Source: an archaeon GW2011_AR15 (GTDB taxonomy: Archaea; Nanobdellota; Nanobdellia; Woesearchaeales; GW2011-AR15). Taken from it: a stretch of DNA of 64,000 nucleotides. Below, one piece after another: positions 9,711-19,538 of this stretch. A program made the translations under genes and the position numbers. The notes beneath the pieces were generated by a model. The model saw only the letters and a program-made list of their open reading frames with translations. It had not been told where the DNA came from and searched no databases. How positions within the stretch are numbered: the first letter of the stretch is position 1; each line of letters starts with the position of its first letter. The stretch is taken from the NCBI GenBank assembly GCA_000830295.1, contig CP010425.1:294884-358883 (forward strand), read 5' to 3'.

Positions 9711-10657
9711 TTAAACTTCTCCTCCAGCTCTTTCTTCAGCTTGTCTCCTATAAACTTGCCCTTGAAATAATCAACCTTTACTGCCATTGATATCTTGTCA
9801 GCAAGCGCCCTGGCTGCCTTTCCCTTGTCTCCTTTCTCCGCTTTCTGCAGCAGAGGGTGGTCTATTATGATCCCGTGCTTCGGCGCTTTTGCATTCCTTG
9901 TCATATGCCTGAAAAGAGCCTTCTCTGCTCCCAATAACTGTATTGTTGAGGCCGGCATCATTACCATATTCCTTAAAGAGCCTGCAATCACAATCAGCTT
10001 TGCGCCTATTGAATATCCTGCAACAGCGACAAGATTGGGGCATGTCCTGTCCATGTGCGCTTCCATGTTTTTTTCCTGCCTTTCCTTATGCCTGTATAAA
10101 TCAAGAATAGTGGCTGCAAGGTCTTTCGCCCCTGTATTATCCTCTCCAGTCCCCATTGTCCTCTTTATGTCAAATTCTTTCTTCAGCTCCTCTGCTGATT
10201 TTTTCGCTACAAGCTCTGCAAAATGCTGATGATCAGTTATTATCCCGTCAAGCTCAGGCAGGACATGGCCGTACATCTCCCTTAATCTTTTGGAAAGCAT
10301 GTTGATTGCCTTGCTGATTTCAACAACAGAGCTTGAAAGCTGCAATATCAATAAATCGTCTGTAACTGATTCCCTTACCTGCTCTCCTGTAAGGTAGAGA
10401 TTGTTTTTGTAGAATTCCTCCCGGTATTGCTCGAGTTCCGGAGATATTTTTTCAAAATCAGCAGGATCGTCAGAATAAGTCAGTGATTTTATTGACTTGA
10501 ATTTCCTGAGGAACTCTTTTTCTGTGTCAAGCTCTTCCCTGTTCTCCAGCTGTTTTGCTATCTTAGGGATGTCTTTTTCCTTAAAGAGCACTTTCTCCCT
10601 TATCTGGAAGTTCTGGTTGAATACAAAAGTCCCGACGATGTTTGAATACAGGTACAT
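9707..10657 (-). CDS. nop5: C/D box sRNP protein Nop5 (Nop56/58 homologue)
   Basis: A coiled-coil region is followed by a NOP domain (VAVAGYSIGAKLIVIAGSLRNMVMMPASTIQLLGAEKALFRH). The gene sits immediately upstream of flpA. Confidence 0.85.
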   Translation of the reverse strand: MYLYSNIVGTFVFNQNFQIREKVLFKEKDIPKIAKQLENREELDTEKEFLRKFKSIKSLTYSDDPADFEKISPELEQYREEFYKNNLYLTGEQVRESVTDDLLILQLSSSVVEISKAINMLSKRLREMYGHVLPELDGIITDHQHFAELVAKKSAEELKKEFDIKRTMGTGEDNTGAKDLAATILDLYRHKERQEKNMEAHMDRTCPNLVAVAGYSIGAKLIVIAGSLRNMVMMPASTIQLLGAEKALFRHMTRNAKAPKHGIIIDHPLLQKAEKGDKGKAARALADKISMAVKVDYFKGKFIGDKLKKELEEKFK

Positions 10658-10881
10658 GAAATTTGTGAAAGAAGAGGTATTTTAATAATTGATGGTTTTG
10701 CTTGTCCGCAGATCTGATTTTATCACCATAGAACAAAAAGCAAGAATTTAAATAGTTATAATGCTTAATATTAAATCCCTGAGTAGGAGGTACCAATAAG
10801 CAAGTTCCACTAACGGGTTAAGCTGAGTATGGTCTTGATGAGGGTTTGATTCCTACAAGGGGACTTTCTAAATAACTTTTT

Positions 10882-11556
10882 TCAGGTCTTGATTAATGTG
10901 TACCTGATGAATGTCGGCAGAAGCGTCGGTTCAGCACAGTAATTAAATCCTGATAATTCTATTAAATTTTCGAAAAACTTTTTACTATGTGAAAATACGG
11001 TCACTCCCAGCCATTCTCTGGCTATCCATACCCTAAAAGAACCAATCAATTCGTCAAACTTATTTTTACTAAAAGAGTCACGAAAAGTGATAACTCCCCC
11101 TTCAGCCAGGACATTCTTCCATTGCGCAAAAAGCAGTCGAAGATGTCTTTGATCAAAATATTCCAAAAATCCGTCTGTTTCTATCCAGTCAATGCTATGC
11201 TTTTTTATGAATGAATCAAGTTCCAGTGCATTTATTTTTTTTACAATTATATCCAGAGGGGAATATTTTGCACCAACTAATTTTCTGACTGCACGTATCT
11301 GTTCATCTCCTATATCAATAATAATGATTTTTGCATTTTTGTTTTTGCCGGTCACAAATTTTATGAATTCATCCGCTGTAGCCTCATTTCCAACGCCGCA
11401 GAGCAAAGCTGAAAAAGATTTTTTTGAAAAATTTAAGCTGAAATTAAGTCTTTTCAGATTTTTCAGGCATTTTTTATATGATGAGCGGAGATAAATGCGC
11501 CATAATGGGGTGCCGATAATAATCTTGAATCTCCGATAATAGCTTTTATGTTTCAT
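10882..11556 (-). CDS. putative class I SAM-dependent methyltransferase-like protein
   Basis: It has a Gly-rich motif I (LLCGVGNEATADE) and an acidic beta-2 end (IIIIDIGDE), and it sits directly downstream of the GGPP synthase. The family assignment is tentative. Confidence 0.4.
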   Translation of the reverse strand: MKHKSYYRRFKIIIGTPLWRIYLRSSYKKCLKNLKRLNFSLNFSKKSFSALLCGVGNEATADEFIKFVTGKNKNAKIIIIDIGDEQIRAVRKLVGAKYSPLDIIVKKINALELDSFIKKHSIDWIETDGFLEYFDQRHLRLLFAQWKNVLAEGGVITFRDSFSKNKFDELIGSFRVWIAREWLGVTVFSHSKKFFENLIELSGFNYCAEPTLLPTFIRYTLIKT

Positions 11557-11557
11557 T

Positions 11558-12451
11558 TTAAAGTAATTTTACGGCGTGTTCTGAGAAGTTCATAAGTGCC
11601 TCTTTATTTTTTATAGAAACTCCCGATAATATCCGCTTTAAATCATCCTGAAACTGCATTATCAGCTTCCTGCAGTGCGCTTCAGAAGTTATTGTTGCCA
11701 ATGTATTCTTGCCTGCTTTCCTGTCCTGCTCAATATCCCCAAGGTCATCCTGGAGCTGGAACATTACCCCAAGTTTTTTTCCGAATTCATTCAGCTCGTG
11801 CTGCGTATGCCCGTCTTTTCCTGCAAGCATAGCCCCAAGCTGGAATGATGCCCCAAATAATGCTCCTGTCTTGAGCCCTGCCATTTTCAGATACTCCTGC
11901 TCTGTCGGCTTCCTGCTCTCAAACATCATGTCATACATCTGCCCGTGATGCAGAAGCTGGTCTGTTTTCTCCAATAGCTCGACTGCCTTGTATTTTTTCT
12001 CATCCGGAAAATCAGAACTGAATATTGCTTTTTTTGAAAGTATATTTGTAATATTCCCAAGCATCATTGCAAAGCTCACAGCCTGCCTTGAAGGGCTGTC
12101 TGAAAATAATTTGCTTTCTGACTTGCCTGTTTTCTGCAGTTTCCTTACCATTTCGTGGACTGTTGGCTTCCCTCTTCTCAGCTCATCCTCATCCATTATG
12201 TCATCCAGGATCAGGGAGTAATTATGGTGGAGCTCAACTGCAACAGCAGGCAGCATTATTTTTTTAGGGTTTCCCCCTGAAGAAACATAAGAGAGGATTG
12301 CGGCCATCGGCCTCAGTCTCTTGCCGCCACTCATCACGTATCCTTTTAGTATATTATAGTATGGCCTGAGGTTTTCAGGGGTATCCCTTATTTCATTGCC
12401 AAGAAAAGCATCGAGAATTTCTTCAAACTTTTTTTTATGCTCAGTTATCAT
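11558..12451 (-). CDS. idsA: geranylgeranyl diphosphate synthase (trans-polyprenyl synthetase)
   Basis: Both aspartate-rich motifs are present: FARM LILDDIMDEDELRRGKPT and SARM FQLQDDLGD. Confidence 0.85.
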   Translation of the reverse strand: MITEHKKKFEEILDAFLGNEIRDTPENLRPYYNILKGYVMSGGKRLRPMAAILSYVSSGGNPKKIMLPAVAVELHHNYSLILDDIMDEDELRRGKPTVHEMVRKLQKTGKSESKLFSDSPSRQAVSFAMMLGNITNILSKKAIFSSDFPDEKKYKAVELLEKTDQLLHHGQMYDMMFESRKPTEQEYLKMAGLKTGALFGASFQLGAMLAGKDGHTQHELNEFGKKLGVMFQLQDDLGDIEQDRKAGKNTLATITSEAHCRKLIMQFQDDLKRILSGVSIKNKEALMNFSEHAVKLL

Positions 12452-12455
12452 TTTA

Positions 12456-13346
12456 TTACGGTTTAACTTCAGTGTATATAATATTTTTTGAAAGCTTTTT
12501 CATGGAGTTCATCACACCGTCTTTTTTGTCCTGCTCAACCAGCGCAACCATGTTCCCTCCTTTTCCTGCTCCTGCCAGCTTTGCCCCAAGCGCGCCTGCT
12601 GATTTTGCTGCACTGACAAGCTCGTCAAGTTCTTTGCAGGAGACGCCAATCTGCTGGAGCAGTGCATGGTTCTTGTCCATCAGCCCCCCAAGCTGTGCTG
12701 TTTCCCCGCTTTCAAGGGCTGTTTTTGCATTTCCTGCTATCTGCCCGATTTTTTCAAACAGCGCTGAATATTCTTCCCTGTCTCTCTCATATCTCTGCCT
12801 GACTTCCAGCACAGCCTCTTTTGTCGGGGACTTTATGCCTGTGTTTGCTATTACAAGATGCAGGGGCTTTTTCAGTTTCAGAAAATACATTTCCCCGTCG
12901 TAAAAATAAACAGGCTTTCCATAAGTCACAACTGTATTGTCTATCCCGCTCGGCGTGCCGTGGAACATCTTCTCGCATTCAAATGCTATCTCATTCACCT
13001 TTTTGTCATCAATTGCCTTCCCAAGATGCTCTGCTATTGCCCTTATAAGTGCAACTGAAAGCGCTGCAGAGCTTCCCATGCCTGATGCAACCGGAATCGT
13101 CGACCTTATCTTTATCTCCATGTCTTTTTTTTCAGCATGGAGCTGGAAGAACAATAATTCAAGCAGGTCATTCAGCCTCTCTTTTTCCTCCTTGTACAGC
13201 TCCCTGTCAGTCTCATAAGAAAAATAGTCAGAAGGACTTATGGAAACTTCGACTGCCGCGTCTTTCACAGGGACTGCAATGCCGGGGTAGCCGTAGACAA
13301 CTGCGTGCTCACCGAACAAAATTATTTTTCCTGATGCCTTGGCCAT
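12456..13346 (-). CDS. mvk: mevalonate kinase
   Basis: The GHMP kinase N-terminal motif SGKIILFGEHAVVYG and the ATP-binding loop PVASGMGSSAA are both present. Confidence 0.85.
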   Translation of the reverse strand: MAKASGKIILFGEHAVVYGYPGIAVPVKDAAVEVSISPSDYFSYETDRELYKEEKERLNDLLELLFFQLHAEKKDMEIKIRSTIPVASGMGSSAALSVALIRAIAEHLGKAIDDKKVNEIAFECEKMFHGTPSGIDNTVVTYGKPVYFYDGEMYFLKLKKPLHLVIANTGIKSPTKEAVLEVRQRYERDREEYSALFEKIGQIAGNAKTALESGETAQLGGLMDKNHALLQQIGVSCKELDELVSAAKSAGALGAKLAGAGKGGNMVALVEQDKKDGVMNSMKKLSKNIIYTEVKP

Positions 13347-13493
13347 GATTTAAGATATTGCCAGACTATATATAAGAATAACGGAAAATCCTGAAAAACG
13401 CATTTAAAAGTCCATAATAAATATGGTTTATGCCGAGGGTAATTGACAAAACTGAGAAACATTTGCCAGAATTTAAAGAATTAATGGAAAAAA

Positions 13494-13628
13494 TTATCTG
13501 ACTCTTTTTACCCGCCCTGCTTTGACATCATCTAATCCTTTCTTGAATTTCCCGACTAATTCCCAGTCTACCTGTTCCAGTTTCTTGAGCCTATCGTATT
13601 CTTCTCTTGGTATCGTTACAGTATCCAT
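13494..13628 (-). CDS. small ORF (44 aa): MDTVTIPREEYDRLKKLEQVDWELVGKFKKGLDDVKAGRVKRVR
   Basis: It fills the gap between hmgA and mvk on the same strand and has a charged helical profile. It is absent from the ORF track only because it falls below 60 aa. Confidence 0.3.
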   Translation of the reverse strand: MDTVTIPREEYDRLKKLEQVDWELVGKFKKGLDDVKAGRVKRVR

Positions 13629-13670
13629 ATTAGCAAATAACAGGATATTCTTTATAAAGTTTGTTGCTGT

Positions 13671-14837
13671 CTACCTGTTTAATTTCTGATGCGAGCTGCT
13701 GAGCTCTTTAGAGCACAGTGCACCCAATAAAGATATCTCTCCTGCAAGGACGGCAGCCGCGGTTATCTCTGCAAGTTTTTTTGAGTTTGCCCCAGGCGGA
13801 TTCCCCGGGCCGGCAACACCCATTATGGAAAGCGCTTCCTTCTGCGTCTTCAGCCCTGTTCCGCCTCCTACTGTGCCGACCTGCAGGCTTGAAAGAGTAA
13901 CAGAGAAATTAACTCCTCCCTCATTTTTTTCAACTGTTGTGAATCCGAGAGAACCGTCAACAACATGCGCGGCATCCTGACCTGTTGCAATGAACATTGC
14001 AGCTATTATATTTGCGAAATGCGCGTTGTATCCGAGGCTTCCTGAGGCAGCGCTTCCGAGAAGGTTCTTCCTGTAATTCATGTCAGCCAGGTTATCAGAT
14101 GTTGTTTTCAGGACTGACTCAATGACTTCTTCGGGTATGCTGACAGATGCAATAACTCTTTTCCCTCTTGACTCTATTAAATTCATTGCGCCCGGTTTCT
14201 TGTCAACGCACATGTTCCCTGATTCAGAGACAAATTCAATCTCATAATTTTTTGAGACATAATCAGCGATTTTTTTGCCTGCAATAGTGACCATGTTCAT
14301 TCCCATTGCATCGCTTGTGTCTGCCTTTATCCTCAGCCATACATTCAGGCCTACAACATATGAATCAATACCAATAATTCTCAGGAACCTCTCTCCCTCT
14401 TCCCCTGCTTTCTTTAATTTTTCAAAATTTTCCTCTGCCCATTCTGTGAATTTTTTTGCTTCTTTGACTGATTTTGCTTTGAACAGTATTGAGCGCGTCT
14501 GCTCATTTTTTATTATGACTGCCTCTGCCCCGCCTGATTTGCTTATTACTGAGCATCCCCTGCTGACAGATGCGACAAGTGCGCCTTCTGTTGTTGCCAG
14601 AGGGATGTAGAATTCGCCTTTTGCATGCTCCCCGCTGACTTTGACAGGCCCGGCAATTCCCATGGGAAGCTGGGCTGAGCCGATTAAATTTTCTATGTTT
14701 GCGTCTGCTTGTTTTTCATTAAGTATGGATTTTTTTATGTTTTCAAGATTAACTCCCAGTTTTTTTTCCAGAAAAGCTCTTCTTTCTTCTTCTGCCATCT
14801 CATGCAGTTTTTTAGCAGAGCCTGAATTTGTACCCAT
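13671..14837 (-). CDS. hmgA: 3-hydroxy-3-methylglutaryl-CoA reductase (class I)
   Basis: The 388-aa product shows the conserved HMGR catalytic-domain stretches (PMGIAGPVKV, ATTEGALVAS, DAMGMNMV, GTVGGGT). Confidence 0.9.
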   Translation of the reverse strand: MGTNSGSAKKLHEMAEEERRAFLEKKLGVNLENIKKSILNEKQADANIENLIGSAQLPMGIAGPVKVSGEHAKGEFYIPLATTEGALVASVSRGCSVISKSGGAEAVIIKNEQTRSILFKAKSVKEAKKFTEWAEENFEKLKKAGEEGERFLRIIGIDSYVVGLNVWLRIKADTSDAMGMNMVTIAGKKIADYVSKNYEIEFVSESGNMCVDKKPGAMNLIESRGKRVIASVSIPEEVIESVLKTTSDNLADMNYRKNLLGSAASGSLGYNAHFANIIAAMFIATGQDAAHVVDGSLGFTTVEKNEGGVNFSVTLSSLQVGTVGGGTGLKTQKEALSIMGVAGPGNPPGANSKKLAEITAAAVLAGEISLLGALCSKELSSSHQKLNR

Positions 14838-15225
14838 ACTGGATTACCCCCTTTGCGCCGTGCTCCATTATCTTCCTGAAAACAACTTCAACATTTTTTC
14901 CAATCTCAATATCCTCAAAATTGCAGTCGACTATCTCTGCTGTCAGCATCGGGCCTTCCTCAAGCTTTATCACAGCGACAGCATAGGGAACGTCCCTTGC
15001 AGGAATCTCTGTGTTCTCCCCCTCAGGGTCGCTTATCGGAGTCCTTGTAATAGTGAACGTGACTATCTGGCCTTTTCCCTCAAATTTATAATCTGTCATC
15101 TCAAGGCAGCCGCATTTTTTGCACACGTCCCTGACAGGAAAATACAGCTCCTTGCATTCAGGGCACTGCCTGCCTATGAGGTTGTAGTATTCGGGTATTT
15201 TCCGCCAAATCTTGGGAACTGCCAT
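14812..15225 (-). CDS. Zn-ribbon/OB-fold DUF35 protein partnered with thiolase and HMG-CoA synthase
   Basis: It carries a CPECKELYFP...CKKCGC zinc ribbon followed by an OB-fold. It lies directly downstream of the thiolase, as in other archaea. Confidence 0.75.
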   Translation of the reverse strand: MAVPKIWRKIPEYYNLIGRQCPECKELYFPVRDVCKKCGCLEMTDYKFEGKGQIVTFTITRTPISDPEGENTEIPARDVPYAVAVIKLEEGPMLTAEIVDCNFEDIEIGKNVEVVFRKIMEHGAKGVIQYGYKFRLC

Positions 15226-15226
15226 T

Positions 15227-16378
15227 TTATCTTCTGAAAATATGGACGACTGCTGTGCCGCCGCTTCCTCCTACATTGTGTGTTAATGCTATTTCTGCGC
15301 CTGTGCTGTTGCCTGCCTCTCCCCTCAGCTGTTTTACTGCCTCTATTGCCTGGGCAATCCCTGTTGCGCCCACAGGATGGCCTTTTGCCTTTAATCCTCC
15401 AGAGGTGTTTACCGGGATTTTTCCTCCGACCATTGTCTGGCCTTCTTCTGTGAATCTGCCAGAGCTACCTTTTTCCACAAATCCCAGATCCTCCAGCGCA
15501 AGCAGTTCTGCTATTGTAAAGCAGTCGTGGACTTCCGCAACCTGTATATCTTCAGGAGTTAATTTTGCCTGCTCATATGCTTTTTTAGCTGCCTCAACTG
15601 TTGCCTTTAATGTAAGGATGTCTTCCCTGTCATGCAGGCTTATTGAGTCTGTTGCATGCCCGCTTCCTGCTATCCATACCGGAGTATCACTAAGCTCCCT
15701 TGCTTTTTCTTCAGAAGCCAGAACAACTGCTGCCCCGCCGTCTGTTATCGGGCTGGCATCCAGCAGCTTTATCGGGTCTGAAATCAGTGTGGATTCCATA
15801 ACGTCCCGGACCGTGATTTCTTTCCTGAACTGCGCATACTTGTTTGTCATTGCATTCTTATGGTTCTTTACAGCCACTGCCGCCATCTGCTCCTCTGTTG
15901 TGCCGTACTTGTGCATGTGCAGCTTTGCCATCATTGCATACAGCCCCGGGAAAGTTGCCCCAAAGATCCCTTCGCTGTCTGTGTCAGCTGCGGTTGCAAG
16001 GACTTTTGTGACAGAGTAATTCCCTAAGTCAGTCATCTTCTCGACGCCGCCTGCAACCGCTATGTCATGCTCGCCTGATGCAATGTCCAGATATGCCTGC
16101 CTCAGTGCCAGGCCTCCTGATGCGCAGGCTGCCTCAACCCTTACAGATGGAATATTTTTGAAGCCTGAGTAATCCGGAATCTTGCTGGCCAGATGCTCCT
16201 GGTTTGCGAAAAGCCCGCCCGACATTGTGCCGCCGTAAAGCACTTCAACATCTTTCTGCGATATGCCTGCATCCCTGACTGCCTTTACACCTGCCTCTAC
16301 ACTTAAACTTGTTAATCCTCTTTCCCAAAGCTGGCCGAATCTTGTCTGCCCCAGTCCGATTACCGCTACTTTTCTCAT
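15227..16378 (-). CDS. acetyl-CoA C-acetyltransferase (archaeal thiolase)
   Basis: The thiolase fold is supported by an active-site Cys context ([11 protein letters not shown]) and C-terminal HNVGGSG. The gene overlaps HMGCS by 4 nt. Confidence 0.85.
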   Translation of the reverse strand: MRKVAVIGLGQTRFGQLWERGLTSLSVEAGVKAVRDAGISQKDVEVLYGGTMSGGLFANQEHLASKIPDYSGFKNIPSVRVEAACASGGLALRQAYLDIASGEHDIAVAGGVEKMTDLGNYSVTKVLATAADTDSEGIFGATFPGLYAMMAKLHMHKYGTTEEQMAAVAVKNHKNAMTNKYAQFRKEITVRDVMESTLISDPIKLLDASPITDGGAAVVLASEEKARELSDTPVWIAGSGHATDSISLHDREDILTLKATVEAAKKAYEQAKLTPEDIQVAEVHDCFTIAELLALEDLGFVEKGSSGRFTEEGQTMVGGKIPVNTSGGLKAKGHPVGATGIAQAIEAVKQLRGEAGNSTGAEIALTHNVGGSGGTAVVHIFRR

Positions 16379-17403
16379 GCTAGTTTGCCCGTGTTTTTCA
16401 GATATTTTGGATAGCTGATATACACCTTGTCATTGATTTGCGATTCAACAGATTTCGTCTGCCTGTCTGCTATCCTTCCTGTTACAATCAGGTCAAAACT
16501 GTCGCTTCCTGCTCCTGAGCCGTATGATGTCAGGAGAATTCTCTGGCCTGGCTTTGCTATGTCAAGTACTGCTGCTAACCCGAGCAGTGATGAGCCTGAA
16601 TAAGTGTTCCCTATCTTCCTTACAACCATTCCCGGAGCTATCTGCTCTTCTGTGAATCCCAATAGTTTTGCAACCCTTGCCGGGAATTTTCCGTTCGGCT
16701 GGTGGAAAACCGCATAGTCATAATCCTCCGGCTTTGTGCCGACATCTTTCATGAGCATTTTTGTTGCCTCTGTTATGTGCCTGTAATAAGCAGGCTCGCC
16801 TGTGAATGCCCCGCCATGCCCGGGGTATTTCTGCTCTTTCCTTCTCCAGAAATCAGGGGTGTCTGATGTGAAAGAAAGTGTCTGGTTTATCTCCGCAACA
16901 ACATTCTCCTCGCCTATTATGAAAACTGCCCCGCCTGCTGCTGCTGTATATTCCAATGGGTCTCCGGGAGCTGCCTGGGCTGTGTCTGCGCCTCCTGCAA
17001 TGACGTAATCAGCCATTCCCGAGCGCGCCCATGCAGCAGCAACCTGCATTGCCGCAGTCCCTGCCTTGCATGCAAATTCAAAATCTGCTGTTGTGTAGTC
17101 ATTCGATAATCCTATGGCTGTCCCCACTATTGTTCCTGTTGGCTTGACAGCATAAGGGTGGCTTTCAGAGCCTATGTAGACAGCGCCTATTTCCTTCGGG
17201 CTTAATTTTGATGATTTCAGAGCCCTCCTTGCAGCCTCGACTGCAATCGTCGCAGTGTCCTCGTCAATCCCAGGCACTGATTTCTCTGTTATGCCTAATC
17301 CTAACTTGATTTGTTCTGCATCCCCGCCGTGGGCGGCTGCAATATCCTCTACCTTAATCCTGTATCTTGGTATATAAGAGCCCCACGCAACAATTCCTGC
17401 CAT
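16375..17403 (-). CDS. hydroxymethylglutaryl-CoA synthase (archaeal type)
   Basis: The product has the HMGCS/KAS-III-like fold with an FACKAGT catalytic Cys context. The N-terminal [16 protein letters not shown] is typical of archaeal HMGCS. Confidence 0.85.
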   Translation of the reverse strand: MAGIVAWGSYIPRYRIKVEDIAAAHGGDAEQIKLGLGITEKSVPGIDEDTATIAVEAARRALKSSKLSPKEIGAVYIGSESHPYAVKPTGTIVGTAIGLSNDYTTADFEFACKAGTAAMQVAAAWARSGMADYVIAGGADTAQAAPGDPLEYTAAAGGAVFIIGEENVVAEINQTLSFTSDTPDFWRRKEQKYPGHGGAFTGEPAYYRHITEATKMLMKDVGTKPEDYDYAVFHQPNGKFPARVAKLLGFTEEQIAPGMVVRKIGNTYSGSSLLGLAAVLDIAKPGQRILLTSYGSGAGSDSFDLIVTGRIADRQTKSVESQINDKVYISYPKYLKNTGKLA

Positions 17404-17622
17404 TTTCCCCCGTGTATAGTAATTTGATGATGGTTTTTAAAGGTTGTGAAAAAGACATACCATTCACTACCTATCGTATCTACAATAGTAGAAATTATTA
17501 GAAGCTTCTAGACATAGATATTCTGCCACAGGCCTAAGGACCCCTGTAGGAGAGCCGTTCAGGATATATGTAAGGGCATACGGCGACAATGTTGTTTCTG
17601 ATGAGATTACAAGCGAGTGGGT

Positions 17623-18558
17623 CTACTGGGAGTAATCATATCCCCTGCTGACAATTTTCACATCCAGCACAATTAATTTTCTCTCTTTGCAGTATCCCAG
17701 AAGTTTTTCTTTATTTTTCAGGCAAACCGCAAGCATGACATCCCCTCCGCCTGCACCGGCAAGCCCTGCAGTATAGGCCCAGTTTTTTTTAAGGGCATCA
17801 ATAAGCCCTGTCATTTCCTCTGGTTCAATATCAACCCCTGCAAGCTCCCCTAATTTTTTTCTTGCCTGCCATGACTTCTCCAGATAAAATTTTATCTGTT
17901 CTGTATTCTCCTGCTCAAATGCTTTTTTGCAGAGGAGGTTTATGTTATTGTACTCTCCCATGAAGTCCTTATATTCTCCCGGCTTTTTTTTCTTGTATGC
18001 CAGAACTTTTGAAACCATCTCAGCTGTTGATGCCGGCCTGCCTGTATATATCAGAACAGGAACCAGTTCAGAAGGCCATTCAAATTCCTCTCTTGAGCTG
18101 CCGGAGAAAAACTGCGAGCCGTAGCACGCAGCAGAAATATCATATCCGCTCCCCTTGTTTCCCTGTGCCCTGTAATGCGCTTTTTTTGCTGTCTCATACA
18201 CTTTGTCCCTGCCATCAATCCCGTGTATTTTCAAAACAGCAGCAGCAACTGCAACAGCAGCAGCAGCAGAGCTTCCAAGCCCTGTTTTCCCGTCTAAAAA
18301 CATCTCCTTATCACTGGATGTCTTTATTGATAAGTTTTTCACAGCAATCTTTTTTTTCTTCAGGAAAGCATGCGCTTCTTCAAGGGCAGCTTTCACAAAC
18401 CTGTCATCCCTGCCTTTCGTGTCTATCTTATTTTCTCCTGATTCCTCAACTTCAGCAGTAACTCCTTTATCGACATTGACAACCAGCCCTATATTATCAG
18501 CCTCGAGAATAGCATAGCCTCCGAAAACAAGTATCTTGCCGTATGCTTTTGCTTCCAT
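17623..18558 (-). CDS. phosphomevalonate kinase (ERG8-type GHMP kinase)
   Basis: The N-terminus YGKILVFGGYAILE matches the ERG8 PMK motif, and the GHMP ATP loop GKTGLGSSAAAAVA is present. Its start abuts the MVD stop. Confidence 0.7.
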   Translation of the reverse strand: MEAKAYGKILVFGGYAILEADNIGLVVNVDKGVTAEVEESGENKIDTKGRDDRFVKAALEEAHAFLKKKKIAVKNLSIKTSSDKEMFLDGKTGLGSSAAAAVAVAAAVLKIHGIDGRDKVYETAKKAHYRAQGNKGSGYDISAACYGSQFFSGSSREEFEWPSELVPVLIYTGRPASTAEMVSKVLAYKKKKPGEYKDFMGEYNNINLLCKKAFEQENTEQIKFYLEKSWQARKKLGELAGVDIEPEEMTGLIDALKKNWAYTAGLAGAGGGDVMLAVCLKNKEKLLGYCKERKLIVLDVKIVSRGYDYSQ

Positions 18559-19499
18559 CAGAACAGGTGCTCCTCTGTATACCTGACTCCTTTCCCAGGC
18601 CTTGAGATTATTATTTTCCCGAAGCCGAAAAGCGCGTCTTTTGCTTTTGTGAGATTTTTCTTTGTTGTTATTATGTGGGCATTGGGGCCTGCGTCAAAAG
18701 TGTAGGCTGCTATTATCCCGCTGCTGTTCAGCTCCCTTACTATGTCTTTTATTGCATAAGACTTTTCATTCAGATATTCTATCCCTGCTTCTTCTATGCA
18801 TGCGTGCATATTATCAGAATCTTTCATTATTGCCTCTGCCAGTGCAGGAAAATCTTTTTCCGCAATTGCCTTCCTTACTGCATCAAGCGTCCTGCTGATA
18901 CTTTTTATTCTCTCCTTATACAATCTGCTTTTCTCCTGCGTCAGCTTCATTGCCTCCCTTGAGCTTATTTTTTTCTCGTCGCTGCTCGTTATAACAACAA
19001 TGTCCCTAAGCTCTTCCCAGTAAAGCCCGTCATGCAGCTGCACAGCATGCTCTCCTGACCATTCAACAAATCCGCTGTATACTGACCGGGAAGCACTGCC
19101 TGAGCCTTTTCTTGCCAGGGCAGACAGCTGCTCGTCTGTGAGCCCTAAATCAAGTGCCTTATTGCATGCTGCTGCAAGCGCTGCAAACCCTGATGCTGAC
19201 GATGCAATCCCTGATGCTGTGGGAAACGTATTCACAGAAACAACCTTAGCCTTTGAGCCGCACCTGAACAGGCTGATGAATTCAGAGACCTTTTTCAGCT
19301 TCTCCCCTGTCTCTTTTCTGTCGTTCAGGATAAATTCATCCTCGCCATATTTATCAGAGAACTCGACTGTCGTCCTTGTTGACAGTGTGCTGTCAAGCGT
19401 CATTGAGATGCTCGGATTCATGGGGATATTATCCTCTGATTTCTTCCCCCAGTATTTTACGAATGCTATGTTAGAATTTGCTATTGCTGTTGCTTTCAT
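18558..19499 (-). CDS. mvd: diphosphomevalonate decarboxylase
   Basis: The NIAFVKYWGK signature is present, together with the GHMP loop (TASGIASSASGFAALA) and a catalytic Asp/Arg region. Confidence 0.8.
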   Translation of the reverse strand: MKATAIANSNIAFVKYWGKKSEDNIPMNPSISMTLDSTLSTRTTVEFSDKYGEDEFILNDRKETGEKLKKVSEFISLFRCGSKAKVVSVNTFPTASGIASSASGFAALAAACNKALDLGLTDEQLSALARKGSGSASRSVYSGFVEWSGEHAVQLHDGLYWEELRDIVVITSSDEKKISSREAMKLTQEKSRLYKERIKSISRTLDAVRKAIAEKDFPALAEAIMKDSDNMHACIEEAGIEYLNEKSYAIKDIVRELNSSGIIAAYTFDAGPNAHIITTKKNLTKAKDALFGFGKIIISRPGKGVRYTEEHLF

Positions 19500-19538
19500 A
19501 AGCCAGGAGAATGCAAGAAGGTATAAAAGAATTTTGAA

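Noticed and set aside
10658-10881. 224-bp spacer downstream of nop5 with a TGATGA box and CTGA
   Set aside because: The boxes are in D-then-C order on the plus strand and lack flanking complementarity. It is more likely a promoter or terminator spacer between two same-strand genes.
15255-16019. 254-aa plus-strand ORF
   Set aside because: It lies entirely antisense to the thiolase gene and has a Ser/Ala/Pro-rich low-complexity composition. It reads as a shadow ORF.
18203-18270. GCA/GCT trinucleotide-rich tract (CAGCAGCAACTGCAACAGCAGCAGCAGCAG)
   Set aside because: It lies inside the PMK gene and encodes the AAAAVAVAAAV segment adjacent to the GHMP ATP loop. It is a coding low-complexity run rather than a microsatellite or CRISPR-like repeat.
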